Shown here in pieces: positions 31,401 through 39,683 of a DNA stretch of 64,000 nt. The stretch comes from Myxococcales bacterium (GTDB taxonomy: Bacteria; Myxococcota_A; Polyangia; GCA-2747355). Made by a program: the position numbers and the translations under genes. How positions within the stretch are numbered: the stretch's first letter is position 1; each line of letters starts with the position of its first letter. Below the pieces are notes generated by a model that saw nothing but the letters and a program-made list of their open reading frames with translations, ran no database searches and was not told where the DNA came from. Where the stretch lies: contig JAGQIK010000677.1 of assembly GCA_020431405.1 (NCBI GenBank), forward strand, positions 620 through 64,619, written 5' to 3'.

Positions 31401-34400
31401 CCGCGTTGACGTTGACAGCCATGGGCGACGAGGTGACGCCCTGGAAGGTCGCCGTCAGCGTCGGGTCGGTGCCGGCCGAGGCTGCGTTGGTCGCGGCGAT
31501 GTTGCTGCCCGAGGCGATGCTGAGCTTGGACGGATCGCTGCTGGCGAAGCTGATTCCGGTCGGATTGACGGCGGTCGTGCTGTCCGAGTAGGTCACCGTC
31601 GCCTGCAGCGCGACCTCGATGCCCACCGGGTAGCCGACGGTGCTTGACGGCAGCAGGGCCGTGATGGCCACGCTCGACACCGTCTTGCCCGTGATCGCGA
31701 GCGAGGCCTGCGCGGTCTGGCTGCCGTAGGTCGCGGTGACCGTGGTCGAACCGCTCGTGGTGCCGCTGTGCGAGAAGCGTTCGGCCGGCAGCGTCGCGGC
31801 CGGAGCGGTGGCCGCAGCGTGCGCGAGGCCAGCGATGGATGGCGTGTTGGTCCATGTCGCGAACGGCGAGACGTTGAAGGTGCCGGCGCTGCCGAAGGTC
31901 GCGCGTGCGACGAAGTCCTGCGCCGCGCCGCGGTTGACCGACGCGGTGGCCGGCTCGACGACGAGCGCCGTCATCGCTGCAGAGCTCGCGCTGACGGCGA
32001 CGCTGTCGCTCTTGGTCGTGCCGCCGCAGGTGCCCGAGGAGACGGAGAAAGTGACGCTGCCGCAGTTGGCCGTGCCCACCGTGAGCATCCAGCTCGCCGG
32101 ATCGACGGCATAGCCGGCGCAGCTGCCGACGCTCCAAGAGCCGAGCGTGCCGACGGCGATCTGAACCGGGGTGGTCGGCGCGTCGCTGTAGTAGGCCTTG
32201 GCCGTGAGCGGTACGACGACCTGGCGCGGGTACGTCGGGTCCTGCTGATCGATGACGACCTTCTGCAGACACGCGCCGGTGACGGTGAGTGTCGTCGAGC
32301 CCGTGCGCGTGCCGAGCGCGGCCGAAAGCGTGGTGTTGCCGGCGGCGAGGCCGGTCGCCGTGCCCTTGCTGCCCGCCGCGTTGCTGACCGTGGCCACTGT
32401 GGCGTTGCTGCTGCTCCAGGTGACGTGCGCGGTGATGTTGCGCGTGGTCCCGGCGCAGCCCGTGCCGCTGTAGCTGCCGGTGGCGATGAACGGCTGCGTG
32501 CTGCCCTGGTTGATCGAGGGCGAGGCCGGCGAGAGGCTGATGCTGTCCAGCGTGAGCGTGGCGCCGCGGACCGTGGCGTTCGGCGCTGCCGTCGCCGGCG
32601 ACGTCTGGCCCCCCTGGGTCGCGGTGACGACGGCGCTGCCCGCGCCGACGATCGTCACGACGCCGCCGGTGGCCGTCGCGACGGTGGCACTGGTGGTGCC
32701 CCACGACGCCGTCGACGTCACGTCGCCAGTGGTGCTGTCAGAGAACGTCGCCGTTGCCGTGCAGTTGACCTTGTAGCCGATACCGCTCGGCAGACAGTCG
32801 AGCGGCGCCGCGCAGGTCACGGCTATGGAGCTTATCTGCGTGTCTTTGACCGTGACTTTGGCGAACGAGACGATCTGACCCAGCCTCGCCATCAGGTAAC
32901 CGGCGCCGCCGGAGAGGCTCGCTGTCGAGGTCGCGCCGGTGACGTTGCCAGCGACGACGGTGAAGTGGCCGATAGGGGTTTTGGCCGTGGGGTTGTCGAC
33001 GGCGATCCAAGTCACTGACTGGGTGATGTCGAAGGTGCTGCCGTCACTGTAGTTGCCCGTCGCGCTGAACTGCCGCGACTGGCCGACGTTGACGGTATCT
33101 GACCCTGGCGTGATCGTGATGCTCGACAGCGACACGCCGGTCTTGACGGTCACGTCGACAGCGGTGGAGGTGATCGTCTGGCCTTGCGAGTTGACGGCCT
33201 CGGCGGTGATCTGCGTCGTGCCGCCGGCGACGGCCGTCGCGAGCCCGACGGGCGTGACGTTGCTTACGGTGGCGATGTTGGTGCTCGACGAGGTCCACAC
33301 CGCTTGGTCGGTGATGTCCGCCGTGGTGCCGTCGCTGTAGGTTCCGGTGGCGGTGAGCTGGTAGCTGGCGCCGACAGGCAGCTGCGCGGTTGGCGGGTTG
33401 TCGATGGCGATGCCGGTGAGGATCGCGCTGGTGACCGTGACCTGCACGCTGTTGGTGCTCGTCACGCCCATGTAGGTCGCCGACACGGTGGTCGTGCCCA
33501 CCGCCGTGCCGCGGGCGACGTTCTGCGTGAAGCCGACGACGCCGCTCGGCGTGCCGCTCCACGTGGCGCTGGTGCTGACGTCCTGCGTGGTGTTGTCGGT
33601 GTAGGTCGCCGTCGCGGTGAACGTGACGTCGCTGCCGAGCGGCAAGCTCTGCGGAGTCGACGGCTCGATCGTCAGCGAGACGATCGACGCGGTGGTTACG
33701 GTGAGCGACGTGGTGCCGCTCTGGCCCTGGAAGGTCGCGCTGATAGTGGCCGAGCCCGCGGCCACGCCGGTGGCGAGGCCAGGGTTGCTGCCGCCGGTGG
33801 TCTCGACGGTGGCGGCGTTGGTGTCCGACGACTGCCACGACGCCGCCGACGTGATGTCCTGCGTCGACTGGTCGCTCATCGTCGCGATGGCCTTGAACTG
33901 CTGCGTCGCGCCCTTGGCGATGGAGGCGGTCGCCGGCGTGACCTGAATGCTGACGACTACCGCGGCAGTGACGACGACGGTGAGCTTGCCAGTCTTGCCG
34001 CCGAAGGCCGCCGAGATGTCGGCCGAGCCGGCGGCCACGCCGCTGACCTCGCCCTTGGTGGTGGTGCTATCGACGGTGGCGATGGTCGCGTCCGATGTCG
34101 TCCACGTCGCCTGGCTGGTGACATCCTGCTTGCTGCCATCGCTGTAGATCGCCGTGGCGGTGAGCTGCACCGTTCCGCCGATGTTCACCGAGGGGCTCGC
34201 CGCGGTGACCTCGATCTTGTCGAGCGTGGCGTCGGTGACGTCGAGCGTGGTGCTGCCGGACTTGCCCGCGAGGCTCGCTTCGATGGTCGCTGTGCCCTTG
34301 GCCAGCGCGGTGGCGAGGCCGAGGGCGTCGATGGTGGCGATGGACGCGCTCGACGAGCTCCAGGTCACCTGACTGGTGACATCCTGCTTCGACTGGTCGG

Positions 34401-35097
34401 TGAGGATCGCCTCTGCCTTGAACTGCTGCGTCGAGCCAGCGGCGACGCTAGGGTTGACCGGCGTGACCTCGATCTTGTCGATCTCGGCCGCCACCACGAG
34501 CGCCGCGGTGCCCTTGACGCCGGAGAGATCCGCTGTGATGTCGGCCGTGCCCTCGGCCTTGGCCGTTGCTAGGCCTTTGCTGTCGACCGTGGCGACGCTC
34601 TCGTTGCTGGAGCTCCAGGTCACCTTGTCGCTGACCTTCTCGGTGGTGCCGTCGTCGTAGTTGGCGGTGGCTTCGAACTGCTGCGTCGTGCCCGAGGCGG
34701 CCTTGGTCGTGGGTGGCGTAACCTGCAGCGCGATGACCTTGCGCTCCTTGACGGTCAGGCTGGCCGTGCCTTTGGTGCTGCCGACCTCGGCGGTGATGGT
34801 CGCGTCACCCGCCTTGACGCCCGTCGCCGTGCCGTTGGAGACGGTGGCCACGGACTCGGAGCTCGATGACCACTTGGCTTCGCTGGTGACGTCTTTGGAG
34901 CTGCCATCGCTCTGCTCGCACGTCGCGACGAAGCGCTGCGTCGCGCCGACGCTGATGGTTGCTGACGATGGCTGCACTCTGATCGTGCTGCACGAGCTGC
35001 CGCCTTCGTCGCCGCCGCAGCCCGCCTGTGCGGCCACGAGGGCTAGGATCGCTCCTGCAAACGCCACCTTGATCGAGATTCGATGCACCGAAGCCAT
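28483..35097 (-). CDS. giant cell-surface lipoprotein made of ~25 tandem bacterial Ig-like (Big_2) domains, 2205 aa
   Basis: ATG at 35097..35095 preceded by AAGGAGGG. Signal plus lipobox MASVHRISIKVAFAGAILALVAAQAGCGGDE. Repeated ~85-aa units of the Big_2 type (IxVxPxxxSIAxGxTQQFxAxAxYSDGSxxDVTSxAxWSSSxxSVATVxxxGLATAxAAGTAxISA). The ORF-table entry 28483..36669 is this frame spuriously extended by 524 codons across the antisense of the next two genes. Confidence 0.85.
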   Translation of the reverse strand: MASVHRISIKVAFAGAILALVAAQAGCGGDEGGSSCSTIRVQPSSATISVGATQRFVATCEQSDGSSKDVTSEAKWSSSSESVATVSNGTATGVKAGDATITAEVGSTKGTASLTVKERKVIALQVTPPTTKAASGTTQQFEATANYDDGTTEKVSDKVTWSSSNESVATVDSKGLATAKAEGTADITADLSGVKGTAALVVAAEIDKIEVTPVNPSVAAGSTQQFKAEAILTDQSKQDVTSQVTWSSSSASIATIDALGLATALAKGTATIEASLAGKSGSTTLDVTDATLDKIEVTAASPSVNIGGTVQLTATAIYSDGSKQDVTSQATWTTSDATIATVDSTTTKGEVSGVAAGSADISAAFGGKTGKLTVVVTAAVVVSIQVTPATASIAKGATQQFKAIATMSDQSTQDITSAASWQSSDTNAATVETTGGSNPGLATGVAAGSATISATFQGQSGTTSLTVTTASIVSLTIEPSTPQSLPLGSDVTFTATATYTDNTTQDVSTSATWSGTPSGVVGFTQNVARGTAVGTTTVSATYMGVTSTNSVQVTVTSAILTGIAIDNPPTAQLPVGASYQLTATGTYSDGTTADITDQAVWTSSSTNIATVSNVTPVGLATAVAGGTTQITAEAVNSQGQTITSTAVDVTVKTGVSLSSITITPGSDTVNVGQSRQFSATGNYSDGSTFDITQSVTWIAVDNPTAKTPIGHFTVVAGNVTGATSTASLSGGAGYLMARLGQIVSFAKVTVKDTQISSIAVTCAAPLDCLPSGIGYKVNCTATATFSDSTTGDVTSTASWGTTSATVATATGGVVTIVGAGSAVVTATQGGQTSPATAAPNATVRGATLTLDSISLSPASPSINQGSTQPFIATGSYSGTGCAGTTRNITAHVTWSSSNATVATVSNAAGSKGTATGLAAGNTTLSAALGTRTGSTTLTVTGACLQKVVIDQQDPTYPRQVVVPLTAKAYYSDAPTTPVQIAVGTLGSWSVGSCAGYAVDPASWMLTVGTANCGSVTFSVSSGTCGGTTKSDSVAVSASSAAMTALVVEPATASVNRGAAQDFVARATFGSAGTFNVSPFATWTNTPSIAGLAHAAATAPAATLPAERFSHSGTTSGSTTVTATYGSQTAQASLAITGKTVSSVAITALLPSSTVGYPVGIEVALQATVTYSDSTTAVNPTGISFASSDPSKLSIASGSNIAATNAASAGTDPTLTATFQGVTSSPMAVNVNAATLSSMTFSITDGATLGQNVTSPLTVTGVYSNSTSYDISKLVTSSSANASIVAVTTTSAGTAIQTFSTATGGTPITLSFLKDGITNTLGINVSTATVCYSSVAVTPATATLAVGQMQTFVATATDTGSNQTDVTSLGTWSSSAGSVLSNSGGAATFTANAAGAATVTFTLSGANVCMGGDTTKTTISGQASATVGTAAIDTVTITPKVANLPQGEQVQLRALATMTDGTTNVDVTSSSTWSSQQTSTATVSAAGLLSGVGAGTTIISVTTSNGKTDTFIVTVAACAAPAVNASTGGTGNLPVGQNRDFTAQAVYPASGACASFSAAERTFDVTARVSSWQSSATSVASINSSGRATAVAAGSTNISATYRGVTSTNVALDVVAVTLKSLSVSPSPSVSLPIGAGGAQTLTVTAVWTDGSNDYSLDPPVVTWQIANGSVASITGPSAGSANKAYTLTGLAAGSTNFFAQVGTVISNTVSATVSAACITAIAITSPSGNTTLPRGAFFELGYACTTSNGSSLPCTPAFSKSDSNNIIVDPAGGTYAADGAGSIATGATAAQFADLTVTVAGCGGNKTATRRITVGSATLSSIALPATVSMARGTQRTVAATGTYVGGSGAGTYDLSRVATYASTNTGVVAPTSPNPGSGAVTSTTTAGTAVVTASLLGVTSNASAVTVSGKVLTGLTISATASFISGGTNGGADAQMPAGGWTLPLRATGHYSAGPDDDLTDSVTWTLGTPVVSGTAISAAGVVSSGTPSAQSTQTVMAALSGQSDTFTISIQPGAISTIAIVSSTGGTPSASVANGLQVPYAAHVTLLGGSKYWGTANVTWASSNTSTGTVVASGAGAGTFTAAAVGSTNLSASRGGAASGPLAVSVTAATPVSVRCEPAQVSIVPGGTAQLRAYVTLSDSSENEITTDTQTSWTSSGTGVADFVTPASPGLLTGVAAGSAFAVPSYGGVTASGANRCSVTVQ

Positions 35098-35205
35098 GAG
35101 CCCTCCTTCGCGCGTGTGGCCCGCGTACACGTGCACGCGTGGCTCTCGAAGCGCGGCTGTCGACTGCCTTTGACTACCGGCTGGCGCGAGGCGGCAACAT
35201 GGACG

Positions 35206-35943
35206 ATGTTCGAGATCGGTGCCGACGATGTGCCTGGACACTTTCTGAGCACTCGCAGTAGCGTGCCGCCAATGCTTGCCCGAGTGCTCGAGCCCGAGGT
35301 GATGGATTCGCCGCAAGAGGCGCTCGAATACGACACGATGGATCATTCGGCGGTCAACGCTGACTTCGCCGAGACGCTCTGCGCGCTGATCGGCGGCACC
35401 GCGCCGGCCACGCCGCTGCTCGATGTCGGTGCGGGCACGGCGCTGATCCCGATCGAGATCTGTCGCCGCCTCGCCCAGGCGCGTGTCGTCGCGCTCGACT
35501 TGTCGCGCGCGATGGTCGAGCTCGGCAGGCGGCGTGTCGCCGAGGCCGGGCTCGCGCGCCGCATCGAGCTCCACCTGGTCGACGCCAAGGCCATGCCCTA
35601 CGCCGACGGCGCGTTCGACGTGGTGATCTCGAACAGCATCGTGCACCACATCCCAGAGCCGCGCCGTGTGATCCGGGAGATGGCGCGCGTGCTGCGCCCC
35701 GGCGGCGCCCTGCTGGTGCGCGATCTGCTGCGTCCCGACGACGAGGCGACGCTCGACGCGCTCGTCGCGCGCTACGCGGGCGGCGCTTCGGCGCACCAGC
35801 GCGCGCTCTTCGAGGCGTCGCTGTGGGCCGCGTTGACGGTCGACGAAGTGCGCGCGCTGGTCGCCGAGGTCGGGCACGCGCCCGACGGCGTGCAGCAGAG
35901 CAGCGACCGCCACTGGACATGGACAATCCGTCCCGCGTGCTAG
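35206..35943 (+). CDS. class I SAM-dependent methyltransferase
   Basis: Motif I LLDVGAGTALIPIE, motif II VVALDLS, post-I acidic residue, VISNSIVHH, LRPGGALLVRD. The start is uncertain (MFEIG at 35206 or MLARVLEPEVMDSP at 35275). The ORF start at 35083 overlaps the divergent giant gene. Confidence 0.7.
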   Translation: MFEIGADDVPGHFLSTRSSVPPMLARVLEPEVMDSPQEALEYDTMDHSAVNADFAETLCALIGGTAPATPLLDVGAGTALIPIEICRRLAQARVVALDLSRAMVELGRRRVAEAGLARRIELHLVDAKAMPYADGAFDVVISNSIVHHIPEPRRVIREMARVLRPGGALLVRDLLRPDDEATLDALVARYAGGASAHQRALFEASLWAALTVDEVRALVAEVGHAPDGVQQSSDRHWTWTIRPAC

Positions 35944-35955
35944 ATCGTGAGAGCT

Positions 35956-36444
35956 ATGCCGACGCGCAAGCGCTACTGGCTCATGAAGAGCGAGCCCAAC
36001 ACCTACAGCTACGCCGATCTGGTGCGCGCTGGCCGCACCAGCTGGGAGGGCGTGCGCAACTATCAAGCGCGCAACCTCCTTCGCGACGAGGTCAAGCTCG
36101 GCGACGAGGTGCTGTTCTATCACTCGAGCTGTGATCCCCCCGGCGCGGTCGGGATCTGCCGCGTGGTGCGCGAGGGCTACCCTGACCACACCGCCTTCGA
36201 CGAGGCGTCGCCTTACTACGACGAGAAGAGCGACCCCGAAAAGCCGCGCTGGTACATGGTCGACGTCGAGCCGGTGCGCGCCCTGACCCGTACGGTCACG
36301 CTCGAGGAGCTCAAGGCACAGGCCAAGCGGCTCGGCGACTTCGCGCTGATCCGCAAGGGCAACCGCCTCTCGGTGATCCCCGTCTCGGCTGCGCAGTGGA
36401 AGGTGATCCTGGCGTTGGAACAGGCGCGTTCCGATGACACCTGA
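35956..36444 (+). CDS. EVE (PUA-like) domain protein
   Basis: RYWLMKSEPNTYSYADL...WEGVRNYQARNLLRDEVKLGDEVLFYHSSC...GICRVVREGYPDHTAF...PRWYMVDVEPVRALTRTVTLEELK is the canonical EVE signature. Confidence 0.75.
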   Translation: MPTRKRYWLMKSEPNTYSYADLVRAGRTSWEGVRNYQARNLLRDEVKLGDEVLFYHSSCDPPGAVGICRVVREGYPDHTAFDEASPYYDEKSDPEKPRWYMVDVEPVRALTRTVTLEELKAQAKRLGDFALIRKGNRLSVIPVSAAQWKVILALEQARSDDT

Positions 36445-36527
36445 CGTGGCTCCGATTTTGGTCACCCATTCTGTCCCGCCTCTTCGGATTTCGAACGGCA
36501 CGCCTGCTAGCGCCCCGAAATCACGCG

Positions 36528-38129
36528 GTGCCGCGCGCGGCCTGGCCCTTGCTTCGAAGTCGCCTTTGCATGGCTGCTTCGAGACGACGAACGTTGGGAG
36601 TCGTCTGTTGGATCGGTCTATACGCCGCCGCCTCGTCCGGGTGCGGCGCGCCCGAGGCGGCGCGCACACGGGTCGACGAGCGACCGGATGGCCTCTATAG
36701 CGGTCTGATGGACGGGAAGTACGACAGCGATGGCCACCTCATCGGTGCGCTGACCTTCGATGCCCGCACCCAGTGCGAGCACGACACGGGCGACAGCGAG
36801 GCCGAAGGATGGGCTGGCCGTCCGGGTGATCACGAGGCCGGCACGCTGTGCCGCGTGGCCACGCCCGAGCTCGGCGGCGGGCGCTTCCGCGTCAACGTGC
36901 GCGCGCTGGTGCACTCGCTCGACCGCGCCGGCGACGGCGACGACGCGTCGTCCGCGGAGAGCTCGCGGGCCCTGACGATCGTCGTGCGCGACGCGGCGGC
37001 CGACCGTGAGCTGGCGCGACGGATCATCGACGTCAGCCGCTTCGAGACGGCCATGACCTACCGCAACCTGGTGGTCGAGGTCTCGCGCCGCGGGCTCGGG
37101 CCGCTCGAGGTCAACGTCGAGTGGTCGGGCCACCACGCGCTGCGCGTCGAGCACGTTCAGGTCTATCGCGCCAAACGGCGCGTGCTGGTCGAGCCGCGCT
37201 CGGGCCTGCTCGCAGCCGACGCCACGCTCAAGCTAGCGCTTTTCGACGCGCCCGACGGATTCGAGCTGCGCCTCGACTGCAATGGCAAGTCGCTCGACGA
37301 GCGCTTCGCCACGCTCGAACAAGACGGCAAGGTCACGCGCGACGCCACCGAGGCAGCGACGGTGGTCAGCCTGCCTGCCGCCGAGCTGCTCGAAGGCTGC
37401 GAGGGCGACGATCTGCGCCTGCGTGTGCAGGTGCGCAACAGCTACTATGCCGTCGCCACGGCACGCGTGACGTACCGCAGCGCCCAGCACCCGTGCACGT
37501 TTGCAGACGAGGGCAAAAAGCCGCGCGTGCTGCTGACCGGCTTCGAGCCGTTCCCGGCGCGCGGCGACAGCGACAACAGCAGCGAACAGGCGGTGCTGGC
37601 CTACCAGGGGCGCGCCGATCTCGATGTGATGCGCGTCGTGCTGCCGGTGGAGTGGGACAGCGCAGCGGCCACGCTGCGCGGCCTGATCGATCGCTGCAAG
37701 CCGGACGTGATCGTGTCGTTCGGGCAAGGCCGCTCGCAGGTAGATGTCGAGACGACGGCCTACAACAGCAAAGACTCGTTCGACATCGCGGGCGGTGCCG
37801 TCGACAACCGCGGCATGCTGTTCGCCGGGCAGCCCATCGTCAAAGATGGCGCCGCCACGCTGAGCACGCGCCTGCCCGCGCAGGACCTCGTCAGCGCGCT
37901 CTCGGGCATCGGCGAGCAAGCCAGCACCAGCAACGATCCTGGCCGCTACATCTGCAATAACCTCTTCTACGAGCTGATGCACGAGGTGGCCGACAGCGAG
38001 CGCCTCGCTGGCTTCGTGCACTTGCCGATCGTCTCCAACGTCGACGACGACGACCGCGAGCGGCTCGCCAAGATCGTGAGCGCCATCGTCGACGGCATCG
38101 TACCGCGGCGCGAGGAGGCGGGCCGCTAG
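36528..38129 (+). CDS. lipoprotein: unknown ~320-aa N-terminal domain fused to pyroglutamyl-peptidase I (Pcp, peptidase C15) domain
   Basis: Lipobox LYAAASSGCG (start possibly the internal Met at 36570). C-terminal PRVLLTGFEPF...DVIVSFGQG...GRYICNNLFYELMH...AGFVHLP matches the Pcp Glu-Cys-His triad context (LxTGFxPF / GxYxCN / GFxHxP). Confidence 0.65.
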   Translation: MPRAAWPLLRSRLCMAASRRRTLGVVCWIGLYAAASSGCGAPEAARTRVDERPDGLYSGLMDGKYDSDGHLIGALTFDARTQCEHDTGDSEAEGWAGRPGDHEAGTLCRVATPELGGGRFRVNVRALVHSLDRAGDGDDASSAESSRALTIVVRDAAADRELARRIIDVSRFETAMTYRNLVVEVSRRGLGPLEVNVEWSGHHALRVEHVQVYRAKRRVLVEPRSGLLAADATLKLALFDAPDGFELRLDCNGKSLDERFATLEQDGKVTRDATEAATVVSLPAAELLEGCEGDDLRLRVQVRNSYYAVATARVTYRSAQHPCTFADEGKKPRVLLTGFEPFPARGDSDNSSEQAVLAYQGRADLDVMRVVLPVEWDSAAATLRGLIDRCKPDVIVSFGQGRSQVDVETTAYNSKDSFDIAGGAVDNRGMLFAGQPIVKDGAATLSTRLPAQDLVSALSGIGEQASTSNDPGRYICNNLFYELMHEVADSERLAGFVHLPIVSNVDDDDRERLAKIVSAIVDGIVPRREEAGR

Positions 38130-38168
38130 CGCGACGGTCTCGGCTCCTCGCTCAGCTCGGCTCCTCGC

Positions 38169-39629
38169 TCAGATGCAAGGCGACATCGAGGGGCAGCGCC
38201 ACAGCGCGGCGCTGCCAGCGCTCTCGCCGACGAACACCAGCATCGAGCCGAGCACCGTCACGTCGTGGAACGCCCCCGTGCCGCTCGCCGTATGCAGGTA
38301 GACCAGCTGAAGCGTCGTCGTCGAGATGTCGACCACCGCGGCGCTAGGCCGGTTCGAGCTGTCGGCGCCGACCACCACCACGAGGCTGGACGTGACGTAG
38401 CGCGCACGCCGAGGCTCGAAGTCTTTGAGCGTGGCGATGGTGTCGAGCGTAGGAGAGGTTGCGGTGCCCGTGTCGAAGCGCCCGACCTTCAGTCCGCTGG
38501 AGCTGCCTGCAAAGGCGATCACGATCGTGCCGCGGCTCGCTGCGGCCGTCGGCGGCGCGCCGATACCGAAGTTGTAGGGCGCGGTAGCGCTGCAGGGGCC
38601 CTGTGTGCAGCTGCTGGGGATGAAGTAGGTCCAGACAAGGTCCATCGCGTCAGCCACGACCACGCGATAACCGGAGTTGGTCGATGGCTCGAGGCTGAGC
38701 ATGCTGTACTGCGGCGTGCCCTGCGTCATTCCGCCGATGGGCGAGAGCGCGCCGAAGCCGATGATGCCGCTGACCATGATGCTGCGGCCGACGATGTTGA
38801 GCCCGCTGGTCCAGGTGGCGAGCATGCCCGTGGAGGCGCCTGCGGCTCGCACGTCGCCGTTGGGCCCGGCCGTGCCCGTCACCGACGACCACGTCGGCGG
38901 CGAGCCGCCCGGCCCCGGCTGAGTGCGTGCGAAGAAGACGCGATCGTTGGCTAGCGGAAGGATGGTCGAGGCTTGCCCCGCGGCGCACAGCGAGGCGGGG
39001 CCATTGCCGCACATCACCGCGTCAGTGGCGAAGCCGCCCGCCAGCGCGCCGACAGGGATCTGGCCGGGGCCCCACTCGCGCGTGAGCGTCCCCTGACAGG
39101 GGCGATAGCCGGCGGCGATGGGTTGGCCGGCAGTGCTGTCGTAGCCGACGACGAAGACGCGCGCGCTGTTGCCGGGCTCGGCAACCACGCTGGTGTAGGC
39201 GCCAGATGTGGCCGACACGCGGTCAAGGCCAGCGGACACGGCGCAGACCGGGTTCAAGTCGGGGCGCGGTCCGTCGGGCGGCGTGCTGTCGGCCACGCTG
39301 TCGGTGGCGTTGCCGTCGCTGGCGCCGTCGACTGTGGTGTCGCTCGTGGCGACAGGCGTGTCGCCGGTTGGCAGGTCCGTGACGAGGCCTTCCGCTGGTG
39401 CGTCGCCTGGCGGGAGGTCCGTGACAAGGCCCTCCGATGGCGTGACACCGTCATTCGTCGCGTCGGCGCTCTGGTCGAGCGTCGATCCAGGCGCGTCGAG
39501 GTTGGCGTCTCGCGCCGTGGCATCGCTCGCGACATAACCGGCGAGCTCGCTGCAGCTGGAGAGACATCCAGCGAGCACGGCGAGCCCCAGCACGCACGCA
39601 CGCGTGATGTCGCGTAGCTCCCTCGACAC
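38169..39629 (-). CDS. lipoprotein, family paralog 1 of 3 (Pro/Asp/Thr-rich linker plus ~330-aa globular domain ending in a Cys loop)
   Basis: GTG start. Lipobox LAVLAGCLSSCS. The linker contains the duplicated 11-mer EGLVTDLPPGD / EGLVTDLPTGD. The C-terminus LWRCPSMSPCI matches paralogs 2 and 3. Confidence 0.6.
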   Translation of the reverse strand: MSRELRDITRACVLGLAVLAGCLSSCSELAGYVASDATARDANLDAPGSTLDQSADATNDGVTPSEGLVTDLPPGDAPAEGLVTDLPTGDTPVATSDTTVDGASDGNATDSVADSTPPDGPRPDLNPVCAVSAGLDRVSATSGAYTSVVAEPGNSARVFVVGYDSTAGQPIAAGYRPCQGTLTREWGPGQIPVGALAGGFATDAVMCGNGPASLCAAGQASTILPLANDRVFFARTQPGPGGSPPTWSSVTGTAGPNGDVRAAGASTGMLATWTSGLNIVGRSIMVSGIIGFGALSPIGGMTQGTPQYSMLSLEPSTNSGYRVVVADAMDLVWTYFIPSSCTQGPCSATAPYNFGIGAPPTAAASRGTIVIAFAGSSSGLKVGRFDTGTATSPTLDTIATLKDFEPRRARYVTSSLVVVVGADSSNRPSAAVVDISTTTLQLVYLHTASGTGAFHDVTVLGSMLVFVGESAGSAALWRCPSMSPCI

Positions 39630-39683
39630 GGAGCTAGTGTGACAGGCGCGGCCGCCTTCCCGCCAGGACTACTCGGGCGGCGC

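Noticed and set aside
28223-32704. 1493-aa minus-strand ORF (MGHHQCHRRDGHRRRRDDRRR...) and numerous 60-470-aa plus-strand ORFs across 28391..34660
   Set aside because: These are other frames of the giant Big_2 gene. Their Arg/His/Asp/Gly composition is non-protein-like, while the Big_2 frame shows periodic domain structure.
35098-36669. ORF-table N-terminal extension of the giant protein (524 codons upstream of MASVHRIS)
   Set aside because: It runs antisense through the methyltransferase and EVE genes. A strong RBS plus the lipobox signal define the real start at 35097.
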